DNA of 64,000 nucleotides from an uncultured Phycisphaerales bacterium (GTDB lineage Bacteria; Planctomycetota; Phycisphaerae; WQYP01): NCBI GenBank assembly GCA_963766775.1, contig CAVYBP010000003.1, positions 27,759 to 91,758 of the forward strand, read 5' to 3'. Shown piece by piece: positions 21,277 to 30,489 of this stretch (position 1 is its first letter; each line of letters starts with the position of its first letter). The notes under the pieces were generated by a model. It saw only the letters and a program-made list of their open reading frames with translations, ran no database searches and was not told where the DNA came from. The position numbers and the translations under genes were made by a program.

Positions 21277-23126
21277 GTGAGTGGCGCGGGGGAATCGCAC
21301 CCCCGCGCTCTCCCAGAACCGGACGTGAACGTCTCCGCTCATCCGGCTCCCATCATCCCATCGCCTTACGGCACAATTCCCAGCCGCCAGTGTGCAAACA
21401 GTTCCGGCCTTTGGCGCGGCGATGCGCCGCAACCAGTGCGTTGCCTGCCTCTTATGGCCTCGGAATCGCTTGTACTTCTTCATGGCCCACCGAACCAGCC
21501 GCCTGTTGATACTGTCGAAGGTTCGATGCAGCGCCGAGGGGTAGTACCGACCGTAGTAGTTCACCCAGCCGCGAATGTGCTTGTCATACATCCGCGAGAA
21601 GTCGTCCAACTCCTTTTCGCTGTCCGCATGCAGTCCCCAGTCGCGAGCCGTTCGTACGATTGCCTTCATCGCCTTGCGACCAATGGCCGGGACGAAGCTG
21701 ACAAAGTAGCGGCCATCGCGGCTGTTGCGGGCCCTGCGCGGTTTGAAGCCATAGCCCAGGAAGTCGAACTGGATGTGCGTTGTGGTCCTGTTCCGGTTGC
21801 TGTCCCGGCAATACACGATGCGTGTCTTGTCAGGATGCGCTTCCAGCTTGCATTGCCGCAGACGTGCTTCCACCGCACGTTTGACCTCCAACGCTTCTTC
21901 ATGGCTGCGACAGTGGATCACGACATCATCCGCATACCGCTCGAACGGGCAGCCGGGGTATTCCCGAGCCATCCATGTGTCGAACACGTGATGCAGAAAG
22001 ATGTTCGCCAGCAGCGGCGAGGCAACGCCGCCTTGCGGCGTGCCCCGGTCCGCGGCGAACGTGTTCCATCTTCAGTCTGAACAGGCGCCTTGAGCCAACG
22101 CTCGATGTACAGCAGCACCCACGGGCAGTCCGTATGCTTGCGGACCGCGTGCATCATCAGGGAGTGATCGATGTTGTCGAAGAACCCTTTGATGTCCAGG
22201 TCCACCACCCAGTCATAACGCCAGCATCGCCGACGGCACGCGCCGACGGCGTCCAGCGCCGATTTCCCCGGCCGGTACCCGTAGCTGTCGGGGTGGAACA
22301 GAGGTTCCACTTTCGGCTCCAGTTCCATCTTCACCACCATCTGCGCCACCCGGTCTCCCACAGTGGGAATACCCAGTGGCCGCTCTCTGCCGTCGGCCTT
22401 GGGGATCATCACCCGCTTGACCGGCGGCGGAACGTACGACCCCGACGACATGCGATTCCAGATTCGATAGAGGTTGTTCTTCAACTTCTTCTCGAATTCC
22501 ATCGACCGACACATCATCGACGCCGGCGGCTCCCTTGTTGGCGCGGACGCGCTGCCACGCCTCCAGGACCGACCACTTGGAGATACAAAACGGTTTGTCC
22601 TCAGTCATGAGTTCCTCCCGCTTGCGCGGTTGACCCGTTGCCTGAAGACTGGATGACACGACCCCTTCGCTCCAGACGCATTACACGCCCTTCATCGCTA
22701 CTACGAGTCGTTCCGTCCCTGTGCCTCGCGTTGGTACTCTCACCCTCGCGGGGTCTCCGCTTGGGCTTCTCCCTTGGCATCGAGGCGACAGGTTCCAAGG
22801 TTCCGTGTTCCGAGCCTGATCCACGCTCTCGCCGCCTTTATGCCGGACGCCGCATGGACCGGATACAGGCCCCTTCCATGCTGATCCCGGGGCAACCACC
22901 ACTCCCCGGTTTTGACGTCGTCTATACGATTTCGGTACCTCATCAGCGGTTCACTTGCGTTCGACTTCGCGGACCTCACCTGACGCGATCGCGTCGCGCC
23001 GTTTACACCCGACGTTTCCCACGACGGCTCTTGACCGTCGCAGCTCGGGCTGGTTTGTGGCCAGGTTCTGTCCCCCGACCACGAAAGACCTCCTTTCATC
23101 TGGAACACAGCTTTTCCTTGCACACG
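21277..23126 (-). mobile_element. Group II intron (about 1.85 kb) with RT/maturase ORF, inserted in IS66 tnpC
   Basis: The 5' end is GTGTGCAAGG, directly after exon ..GGCGATCAC (one extra C, so the boundary is ambiguous by 1 nt). Domain V is GAGCCGGATGAGCGGAGACGTTCACGTCCGGTTC at 21316-21349. A domain VI-like hairpin ends ..CTCAC before exon CTCCCGCTGCAC. Confidence 0.85.
21283..22608 (-). CDS. Group II intron-encoded reverse transcriptase/maturase (at least 2 frameshifts)
   Basis: MTEDKPFCISKWSVLEAWQRVRANKGAAGVD.. / RPLGIPTVGDRVAQMV..YGYRPGKSALDAV..IKGFFDNIDH / ..FERYADDVVIHCRS..GFDFLGYGF..RGWVNYYGRY..SGDVHVRFWESAGVRFPRATH. The frame runs on into exon 2, which creates the artificial 531-aa ORF 20392..21987. 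Confidence 0.85.
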
Positions 23127-23863
23127 GTGATCGCCATATTTGCTGACGATCACGTAAGCCAGCAGCCCCGGCGCGGCGAGCCCCTTCTCAATCGGCGACA
23201 GTGGCTTTTCGGCGGTGATAATCTGTGGTCCCCCCCCAATCCTGATTCGACGGCGCTTTGCTCGCATGCCCGACACGCATACTTCAACCGCACATGCTCG
23301 ATCACCGTCAGCTTCGCCGGCACGTAATCCAGTTGTTCGCTGACCTCCTGCCCGATGACGTGACGCAATTTGCCGCAGCAGGGGCAGGGTTTTTCCTCTT
23401 CCGGAAGATCGTGGATCACCTTCTGCCGCGGCAGGTCGGGAGGCAAACGCCGTCGGCCATGGCCGGCGGATTTGGGAGCTTCGGGTGAGGCGGGCGTTTC
23501 AGTTGCGGTAGATGCAGTTGCCGGCTCGGGAGCGGGTGATTGCGACTGCGACAACTGTTCCAGCAACTTCTCAAACAGCGCCATCTGCCTTGGGTCGATC
23601 TTCTCCGAGGAGCGGCCATACATCCGCCGCAAGAGCCGCTGCAATCCCTCAATGGTGCGGTCGCTTTGTTGTTGAGATGCGAGCAGTTGATCGCGCTGGG
23701 CTCGCAGCAGTTCGACTTCTCGCCGAAGCTGCTCAAGTTCATTGCCTGAAGGAGTGAGAGTGCCATCCGTGGTCATGGCATATAAGACGCGAGAGAGGGG
23801 CAAAAGTTAGCGGGCAAGTGCGATGATTTTTACTTTTTTTCTCTGCCGCGCATGTACCCGCCA

Positions 23864-24244
23864 TCACTGGGCCTGCCGGACAAACCGCTTGCTCCGCTTG
23901 ATGCTCTTCAAGTCGATCCCATCCAGCAGCATCGCCAGTTCCGTGGCCTTAAGCTCCACACTCGCAGGCCCATCCTTCACCGACGGCAACTTGAACGCCC
24001 CCTCCTCCAGACGCTTGTACCAAAGACAAAATCCATCCTTTTCCCAGTACAGAATCTTCATCCGGTCCTTGCCGCGGCTTACGAACAAAAACAGATTCCC
24101 GGAGAACGGATCATGCTTCAAAAACTCCTTCACCGACTCCGCCAGCGTATCAAACCCGCGCCGCATGTCCGCGGGCTGTGCGCACCAATAAATGTGCACC
24201 TGCATCCCCCGATCCAGTTCCCCCAGGCTCGGTAACTTCAGCAT
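23864..24244 (-). CDS. tnpB: IS66 Orf2 (TnpB)
   Basis: VHIYWCAQPADMRRGFDTLAESVKEFLKHDPFSGNLFLFVSRGKDRMKILYWEKDGFCLWYKRLEEGAFKLP is the typical IS66 TnpB pattern. Confidence 0.85.
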   Translation of the reverse strand: MLKLPSLGELDRGMQVHIYWCAQPADMRRGFDTLAESVKEFLKHDPFSGNLFLFVSRGKDRMKILYWEKDGFCLWYKRLEEGAFKLPSVKDGPASVELKATELAMLLDGIDLKSIKRSKRFVRQAQ

Positions 24245-24596
24245 CGCCCCGCCTCCTCGTGCCGGTCTTCCTCCAGCGCCACAACACCTCGGCGAGTATC
24301 CGCCGCTCCACCGCCGGCCCCATCACCCGCACCCGCCGATCACCGGGCAACACAATCTCAACGGCTCCCCGCTCCTCCGTCGGCCGCTCCACCTTCACAT
24401 GCACAGGCACGAATGCCGCCGGCACAGCCGCATCCCGCCGCGCCAATTCCCGCCGCCACCAGTAAAATCCATACTCCCGCAAACTGTGCCGCCGACAATA
24501 CGCCGCCACCGACAATTCGCTCTGGGCCTGCGCCTTCACATGACGCCGCCAAGATGATTCCTTCTTCCGATCCCGCACTGCCGCGCCGCTTGCCAT
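24150..24596 (-). CDS. IS66 Orf1 (TnpA-like HTH protein); the 3' end probably overextended
   Basis: SWRRHVKAQAQSELSVAAYCRRHSLREYGFYWWRRELARR. The ORF overlaps the tnpB start by about 95 nt, whereas IS66 orf1/orf2 usually overlap only at ATGA. Confidence 0.65.
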   Translation of the reverse strand: MASGAAVRDRKKESSWRRHVKAQAQSELSVAAYCRRHSLREYGFYWWRRELARRDAAVPAAFVPVHVKVERPTEERGAVEIVLPGDRRVRVMGPAVERRILAEVLWRWRKTGTRRRGDAEVTEPGGTGSGDAGAHLLVRTARGHAARV

Positions 24597-24846
24597 GCAC
24601 GCCTCCGTTCAAAACGGATCAGGCTGCCAAATTTTGACGATGGTTAAAAGATGTGTTTCATCGAACGGTTACGCGAATCAGGAGCGATATGAGCGGCTGG
24701 AAGAGGTCAATTGGGGGCTCAACAATTTGCTTCCAGAGGATCAAAAACAGACGGCGTCCAATGGGTTTGTTGGTACCGGTATCAGTTGAGACGGGTGATC
24801 TCGTCGGCCACGATGCGGCCGAGGGCCTAGTTTAGCGTTGTCCGCC

Positions 24847-24863
24847 GCCATAGACCGGCCATA
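24847..24863. repeat. 17-bp direct repeat GCCATAGACCGGCCATA (left copy) flanking the OLD/UvrD/HExxH cassette
   Basis: Exact match to 30416-30432. At the right copy the 11-mer GCCATAGACCG is itself tandemly repeated. Confidence 0.7.
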
Positions 24864-24968
24864 TTCTCGCACAGACGCCCGAATCAGATCGACACTTCAT
24901 TTCTTTTGGTCGGGACGTTCGGCGGAATCCGATTGCGCCCATAAATTGTGGATAATCGCTGCCACGCT

Positions 24969-25913
24969 TCAACAATTGAAGTAAAGGCCGACGCCTTTCG
25001 GTGTCATCGCGAACTTGAATTCCATCGCCAAACACAAGTCGGACCAAAGATCCGGCATGTCGTCAAACGTCTCATCGTTCCACTGGGGATATTGCTGCCA
25101 TTCGCTTTGGATCATTTCGTCGAGACGGGTTAAGACTTCCGATATGGCTTCCGGGACACTTAACGGCAGGGACGGTAGGTCGCGGCCAATTGCCATGGCG
25201 GTCGCATAGACCTTGGCAAATTGTAGTAGCACCACCCAATACCCGTGAGCAACGTGATAGGCGAGACTGCCGAGGTCCAACCGGTCTTCACAATACGCCT
25301 GCTTGTCTTCATTTAGTTGTGTTATCAGGTCCTTTGCCGTCTCACATGCCTTTGTCCAATGCCATTCAAGTTGCTCTTGCGCCATGTACTCGGCAGAAAA
25401 CACACACGCTGCGACTTCACTCATAAGAATGTTCATATAATATCGGGCAAAGTGCTCAAGGTTCATTTTTCCAGATGGTGGTCCGACGCGTGGTTGTTTT
25501 GACCGAAGAGAATGGTCCAAACAATGTCCAAGTTCGTGGGCAATCATGTACGCGGCGATCTCTCGCGGAAAATCGACATGCAACTGGCCAGCGTCAACCG
25601 CGAGAAGTGAAATCAAAACCAGATCGCGTAGGATTATGACGTTACTCGTTCCAGTCTCAGTCTGTAAGGGAATCGTCTTTCCAAGTGCAATATGAAACGC
25701 AGTTTGGGTGTGCGTTACTCCGCCTGGCTCCGCCCTCCCGTGGGCAGCAATGGACGGTCCGAAGCTCGCTTCATCCGCCACTAGGACTTTTTGAAGCGCG
25801 CCGTCTGGCAATTCGATGGATTTGGCAATGCTATCGACAAAATTTCCTAGTGCCTCTCGGCACTCTTCGATATGTTCCGGTGCGAGCTCTGGTAGGCTAA
25901 ATTCAATCTTCAT
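24969..25913 (-). CDS. HExxH-motif protein (putative zinc metallopeptidase-like), third gene of the OLD/UvrD cassette
   Basis: A 314-aa intact ORF that starts 63 nt downstream of the helicase stop on the same strand. It has the motif MIAHELGHCLDH and no other motif I recognise. Confidence 0.5.
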   Translation of the reverse strand: MKIEFSLPELAPEHIEECREALGNFVDSIAKSIELPDGALQKVLVADEASFGPSIAAHGRAEPGGVTHTQTAFHIALGKTIPLQTETGTSNVIILRDLVLISLLAVDAGQLHVDFPREIAAYMIAHELGHCLDHSLRSKQPRVGPPSGKMNLEHFARYYMNILMSEVAACVFSAEYMAQEQLEWHWTKACETAKDLITQLNEDKQAYCEDRLDLGSLAYHVAHGYWVVLLQFAKVYATAMAIGRDLPSLPLSVPEAISEVLTRLDEMIQSEWQQYPQWNDETFDDMPDLWSDLCLAMEFKFAMTPKGVGLYFNC

Positions 25914-25976
25914 GTCCGCACCAGTGAGTCATGGGAATACGATTTAAAATTGATGTCTAGCGTTTCGGTCCTGGCG

Positions 25977-27878
25977 CTAGCGTTTCGGAAGCATTTCAAT
26001 TTCTTCGCTTGTGAACCAACCGTCATCAATGGCCTTCTTCTTAACGGCATCCGGGTCCGAGGAGTAGGCGATCAATGCGAGGCTTTCCTTCGACCTACTG
26101 CAGGTTACGTAGAAGAGCCTACGTGTCCGGGCAATAGCGTTATCCTTTCCTGAAGACTCGTTGTCCAAATCTGTTTTGCTTCGTTCCTTTGCTCCAAATA
26201 ATTTGTCATAGCTGAATAAAAATCCCCCTGCGTCCTCGTCGTCCATAACGACCATCACTCTATCAAATTCAAGGCCCTTCACTCCCTGATGCGTATCAAA
26301 GGGTGCCACTTCCGTGACGTACGCTTCGTAAGGCTCGATTTGTTGAAATGGCGTTTCTAAGAATGCCTCCATCGCCTTTTGCCGTTCCGATTTCTCTTCG
26401 GCCTCGTCACTGTCTTCCACCGGGGAAGCCGCCACGACGCCGGCATCTGATATGAATGGATCCAACGCGTCGGGAATTTCAAATAGATTATTGTTTGCCA
26501 CACATTGGAGGACCTTTTGGAAGGTCACAGTGTTGCCGGGAGGAAGCAAGTTCGCGAGGACGCCAACAGCGCCTTTGGCCTTCCCAAGTTGCGCCAATTG
26601 ATCCGCACCAGCATTCACGAGACTTTCTCTGTTCAAGAGCGGCGAATGTTTTCGCATGATCGCCGCAACGGCAAAATTATTGTTCGCCATCTTTGCATTG
26701 ATGAGAGGCAACACCTGCTTCGAAAATAGTCGTAGCGCAGGCAAGCTCCCATCCAGAAGGCCAGTCTTAAAATTGTCGACGGAATATAGCGCTTCAAACA
26801 TCATGGAGAATCCCATTCGCTTTGCAGCCATATGATGCTCAAGTATCAGCGTCTTTACTCGATTGCTGTCTTTCCAAAGTAGATCGCTCGCAATCGTCGC
26901 CATTCGGTCGCGAACCTGCGATTCGATTTGGAACTTATCCACGACTGTGTTGCGGCAAACGAATAGACGTATATATCCTTCGTTTGCGTCCGTCCGCGCG
27001 CGCTGAACTTGGTCATCGACCGCCGATCGAATTTTGTTGATAAGGCCGATTATCCGGGTCGGGCACCTATGATTCATGATCTTCTTCGGCTTGGCCCAGT
27101 CTGGAGGGAGATCAATGCCGAGATCAACTTTTCCATCACCATAAATTCGTTGCATCGTATCGCCGAACAGCCCGAGGCCGAATGTCTTGTGATGAGTTGC
27201 TTGTACCGTGAGGAATGATTCCATCAGCAATTTATTGGTATCCTGACTTTCATCAATAAGAAGTATTGGATACCGGCCAAGCAATAGCATCTGCATTAAT
27301 GGCTTATTTGTAAGGAAGTATGCCCCCATTTCGATAACTTCGCTGTGGCTTAACGCATCGCGGCCACGATTGTCACTGGTCGGACTGTATACAAACTGTT
27401 TGATCGAGGGCAGCAATTCAAGTCTGCGCTTTTTCGATTCAATGCTCCGCTGACGCTTCAACGCCGTTTTGGTTCCTGGGCCACCTTTTCCCGATTGCGC
27501 CTGCAGGTCGTCAATCTTTGCCACTAGATTGTCTAGGAGCCATTTTCGAATATCTCCTGTCAGCCCTTGGATGAGGCCCCAAATAAAACTGTGAATCGTT
27601 GACACATTGACAAGCGGATCGAATTCGAGCCGACTTCTGATTTCATCACAGGCGGCGTTAGTGTAGGTGATTACGGCGATTTGCTGGCCGCGCAGCCGCA
27701 GACTGTTGCCGCTTGTCTTTTTAAGCTGTTTCAGCGCTTCAACCAAAGAGCGTGTTTTTCCGGAACCTGCCCCTGCAAATAGAAAAAAACTTTGTGGTAG
27801 ATCAATATTGAGGTAGGTGCTTATTTCGCCATCAATGTGATCGTCTATTGTGTCGTCGATTGCAGGCGCGGTGGTCAT
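25977..27878 (-). CDS. UvrD/PcrA-like superfamily 1 helicase (GajB-like)
   Basis: Walker A FAGAGSGKTRS, ITYTNAACDEI, LLIDESQDTN (motif II), and C-terminal THQGVKGLEFDRVMVV ... RLFYVTCSRSKESL. Its start overlaps the OLD gene stop (ATGA at 27875-27878). Confidence 0.85.
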   Translation of the reverse strand: MTTAPAIDDTIDDHIDGEISTYLNIDLPQSFFLFAGAGSGKTRSLVEALKQLKKTSGNSLRLRGQQIAVITYTNAACDEIRSRLEFDPLVNVSTIHSFIWGLIQGLTGDIRKWLLDNLVAKIDDLQAQSGKGGPGTKTALKRQRSIESKKRRLELLPSIKQFVYSPTSDNRGRDALSHSEVIEMGAYFLTNKPLMQMLLLGRYPILLIDESQDTNKLLMESFLTVQATHHKTFGLGLFGDTMQRIYGDGKVDLGIDLPPDWAKPKKIMNHRCPTRIIGLINKIRSAVDDQVQRARTDANEGYIRLFVCRNTVVDKFQIESQVRDRMATIASDLLWKDSNRVKTLILEHHMAAKRMGFSMMFEALYSVDNFKTGLLDGSLPALRLFSKQVLPLINAKMANNNFAVAAIMRKHSPLLNRESLVNAGADQLAQLGKAKGAVGVLANLLPPGNTVTFQKVLQCVANNNLFEIPDALDPFISDAGVVAASPVEDSDEAEEKSERQKAMEAFLETPFQQIEPYEAYVTEVAPFDTHQGVKGLEFDRVMVVMDDEDAGGFLFSYDKLFGAKERSKTDLDNESSGKDNAIARTRRLFYVTCSRSKESLALIAYSSDPDAVKKKAIDDGWFTSEEIEMLPKR

Positions 27879-30198
27879 GCAGCCACCCCTGCAGCCGCCG
27901 TAGTTGAAATCGCTTTTGAATCATCGGATTGCCGCTTGGTCAATTGAGCTTCCAACCATACCAAACCTTCGCGAATGTATCTCGGGACTTTCAAATCGTT
28001 TGGTTCTTTCAGCCACAGAAGGTCGAGAGCGAACGTTGCCTTGTCCAGGTCCTTTAAAATCTCAAATAGGGCCTTGCTGAGATCGGTCGGGTCGGTTGCC
28101 GCTTTTGCTGCATTGATGAACAGGGTCATGCCATCATGGTCAGGAAGCGTGCGAAAGAGCTGTAAATTTTCGAAGACTAAGGCATCTTCAAACGTCGTAG
28201 AAAGTGCTTCTACCTCGCCGGTAGCGGCCGACATCTTCACTATAACAGGCACTTGATACGCTACGCGGACTGAAAACAGAGGCATAGCGGGATATGTTTT
28301 AACTTTGTCGGCTGCCTTAACGTCCAGCAAGTCATCAATGGGTTGCAGTACCGGATGCCATGTTTTCAACGTCGAGTTTCGTGTGATTTGGTTCTGCTTT
28401 CGCGCGGGCGGAACAGCCTTGTGATGGCCAGCGCCTTCGACGGAGTCAAGATCGGTGATGATCAGCGTAATTAGACCAAGGTGTTCAATCAGGGCGCGCA
28501 GCCGGTGTGCATGACTGCCGCCAATTTCGAGTAGCGTGACATAGCAGCAATGAAGCTTATCAAACTGTTTCCTTATAAAGTGAGGGACGAGCATGCGTTC
28601 TGCGGGGCCTTCAACGAGAATTGCCGCATCGGCAAAAAAAGATCGCAGTGAGTTGCGCGGAGGTAGCGTGTCACAAACCGCTTTGTCTCATCATCTGTAC
28701 CAAAAACTTCAGTAAGATTGATGACCGCTGACGTTGGTACTTGGCCTGGCGCCGCCGCCGGTAAGCGACGGAAATATCGTAGCCAAGAGAATTCACATTC
28801 ATGTGCGATATGACTTGAATGAGTGCTGACAATCAATTGCGTCATCAGTGCCTTACTCTCGCCAAGGTCTTTGTGATTGCGAAGCACGCCATAAGCTTTT
28901 CTCAGAAACACCTGTTGCACCTGCGCGTGCAGATAAGCTTCCGGTTCTTCTACTAATACCAGATGTATTCGAGGCATCGTTTGCTCTGCCGCTTCGGATG
29001 CCATGAGCTTTCCCGCTTTGCCAACCTGCATCCACGCGTCACGAAAGCTCATAAGTCGGAACACCATCGAAATAAGATTTTGGTATCCAAGCCCGTTGTA
29101 TTCCTCAGGCAGGGTGAGTGGCGGCGCGGTGTCACCCACCATGGGTTCAACAACGTCGTATTGAACGGCTGCATTGTGATTTAAGCCATCGCTTGGACGG
29201 AGACGCGTCGCAATTTTCAGTCGCGGGTCGGTAACGCCGGGGTAGTTGAGGTTTTCCAATTCCTTTATTGCTGTGGCGAAACCGCTCGCTAGACGACCGT
29301 CGTATGCTTGCTGCGCCGTTTCAATCGATTGGAGCGCGTCGAGATCGGTTGGCTCCGGAAATGACGAGGGATCAAGATGCTTTGTGTAGTAGTTTCTGAG
29401 CTGTTCTGACAATTTTTTCTTATCCCGAGGCGTGATTCTGTTCCCCTGATCCTCATCCGGCCCAGAGCCTGTAGAATCGCCTAGTCCTCGCTGCGCAGAA
29501 ATCTCGTCGATACGGATTAATCCCTTAAGCGGGTTACTGTCGAGGGCCGGGCTTTCAGTTGGTATGGGTTGCAGGTTTGCAACACCATGCGAAGGCGGAA
29601 CGCACTTGGCAGGGTTCAACAAGTAATAGCGAAGTTCAAAACTCTTCGTCAATCGTCTATCTAGGAACGACCGCATGTTTTGCGGCCAGAGCGTCAGAGT
29701 ATGTTTCTGATCCGTCTTTCCATCTTTTACGCTTGCCTCTTTGGTGTCATTTGCAGCCTTTATGGCCGCAAGATATTCCCTTGCTAACTGCTCAATGTCC
29801 TTTGGTTCGTACCGCAGGCGGACGCCTATTTTCCCGCCAGCCCACTCCAGCGAGGGGATCAAATCTTTAACGTGATGTATTTCACCGGTACCCACATCAA
29901 GCCAAAGGTCCAATGTAGGGAGTACCGACTCCCACGCGGGCAAAAGCTCAATCAGATTACTTTTCGGTGGCTTCGCCTCCCAATCACCACCGATCTTGTT
30001 GATCGCCGTCCAGTCCGAGAGTGTGAAATCGTTCGTCGTGAATTTTGTGGGGTTAACGAGAAAGTGACTAAGCGCTAACATGGCGGACGTTTTCCCGCTG
30101 TTGTTCGCGCCTACGCAGAGCGTTGTTTCACTGCTGAAATCAATGCGGACAGATTTCAACTTACGGAAATTTTGAATTTCGACAAACAGGATTTTCAT
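27875..30198 (-). CDS. OLD-family ATP-dependent nuclease (ABC-type ATPase + Toprim; GajA-like), split by a frameshift in the A7 run 28634-28640
   Basis: MKILFVEIQNFRKLKSV, Walker A GANNSGKTS, Walker B/D-loop HLVLVEEPEAYLHAQ. After a 1-nt correction the sequence reads ATHCDLFFADAAILVEGPAERMLVPHF (Toprim Glu), then LITLIITDLDS (DxD). A GGAGGGG RBS lies 7 nt before the ATG at 30198. Confidence 0.85.
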
Positions 30199-30415
30199 TT
30201 CCCCTCCAAAGGACAATCAGGCCTTAGGTGTATACGTCCGACCCCGCCCAGATCCTGCGCGGGGTTTTCGTGATCCGGGGGGAAATCGTCTCCTGCACAA
30301 GGACGCCGCCCGGTCCGATGCCGCATGTCATGGCCTTCGATTTTGTTGTTTGGCACGAATTTGCTCACATTCTACGTCGCGTGAAAGATTTTTGTAAGAG
30401 AAATTAATGGCTGTG

Positions 30416-30432
30416 AGCCATAGACCGGCCAT
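30416..30432. repeat. 17-bp direct repeat GCCATAGACCGGCCATA (right copy)
   Basis: Exact match to 24847-24863. Confidence 0.7.
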
Positions 30433-30489
30433 AGACCGAAAACATTTTGATCGTCGGCTGAGATTCTCAACCATTAAGCGGAAGTGCCA

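Larger units (their letters stand above)
19041..23776 (-). pseudogene. IS66 transposase (TnpC) split into three pieces by a group II intron and an IS4-family IS
   Basis: The N-terminal piece is ..CPCCGKLRHVIGQEVSEQLDYVPAKLTVIEHVRLKYACRACE..GLLAYVIVSKYGDH. The intron interrupts, then LPLHRLERILERHHIDIARSTMCDW...RKNWILCGSDNGGHTAAALF. The IS interrupts, then ALFTFIATCQRHKINVFDYLKDVLTRIAAHPMNRLAELLPERW. Confidence 0.8.
18977..24672 (-). mobile_element. IS66-family element carrying two nested insertions, flanked by an 8-bp target duplication
   Basis: Terminal inverted repeats are GTAACCGTACGGCGAACCAC (18977..) and the reverse complement of ..GTTTCATCGAACGGTTAC (..24672), matching at 16 of 21 positions. 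GCGAATCA sits directly outside both ends (18969-18976 and 24673-24680). After subtracting the insertions the length is about 2.6 kb, which is typical for IS66. Confidence 0.8.

Noticed and set aside
20392-21987. 531-aa ORF that looks like an RT-transposase fusion protein
   Set aside because: It is read-through from the intron-encoded maturase C-terminus (..RFPRATH) across the 3' splice site into IS66 tnpC exon 2 (LPLHRLERIL..). It is not a genuine fusion.
24681-24790. Short + strand ORF spanning the IS66 insertion site (..LIEAGKLAANQERYERLEEVNWGLNNLLPEDQKQTASNGFVGTGIS after removing the IS)
   Set aside because: It is only a coiled-coil-like tail of about 50 aa, with a stop codon just upstream and no start or motif. 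It may be the remnant of a gene destroyed by the IS21/IS66 insertions, but this is not supportable as a feature.
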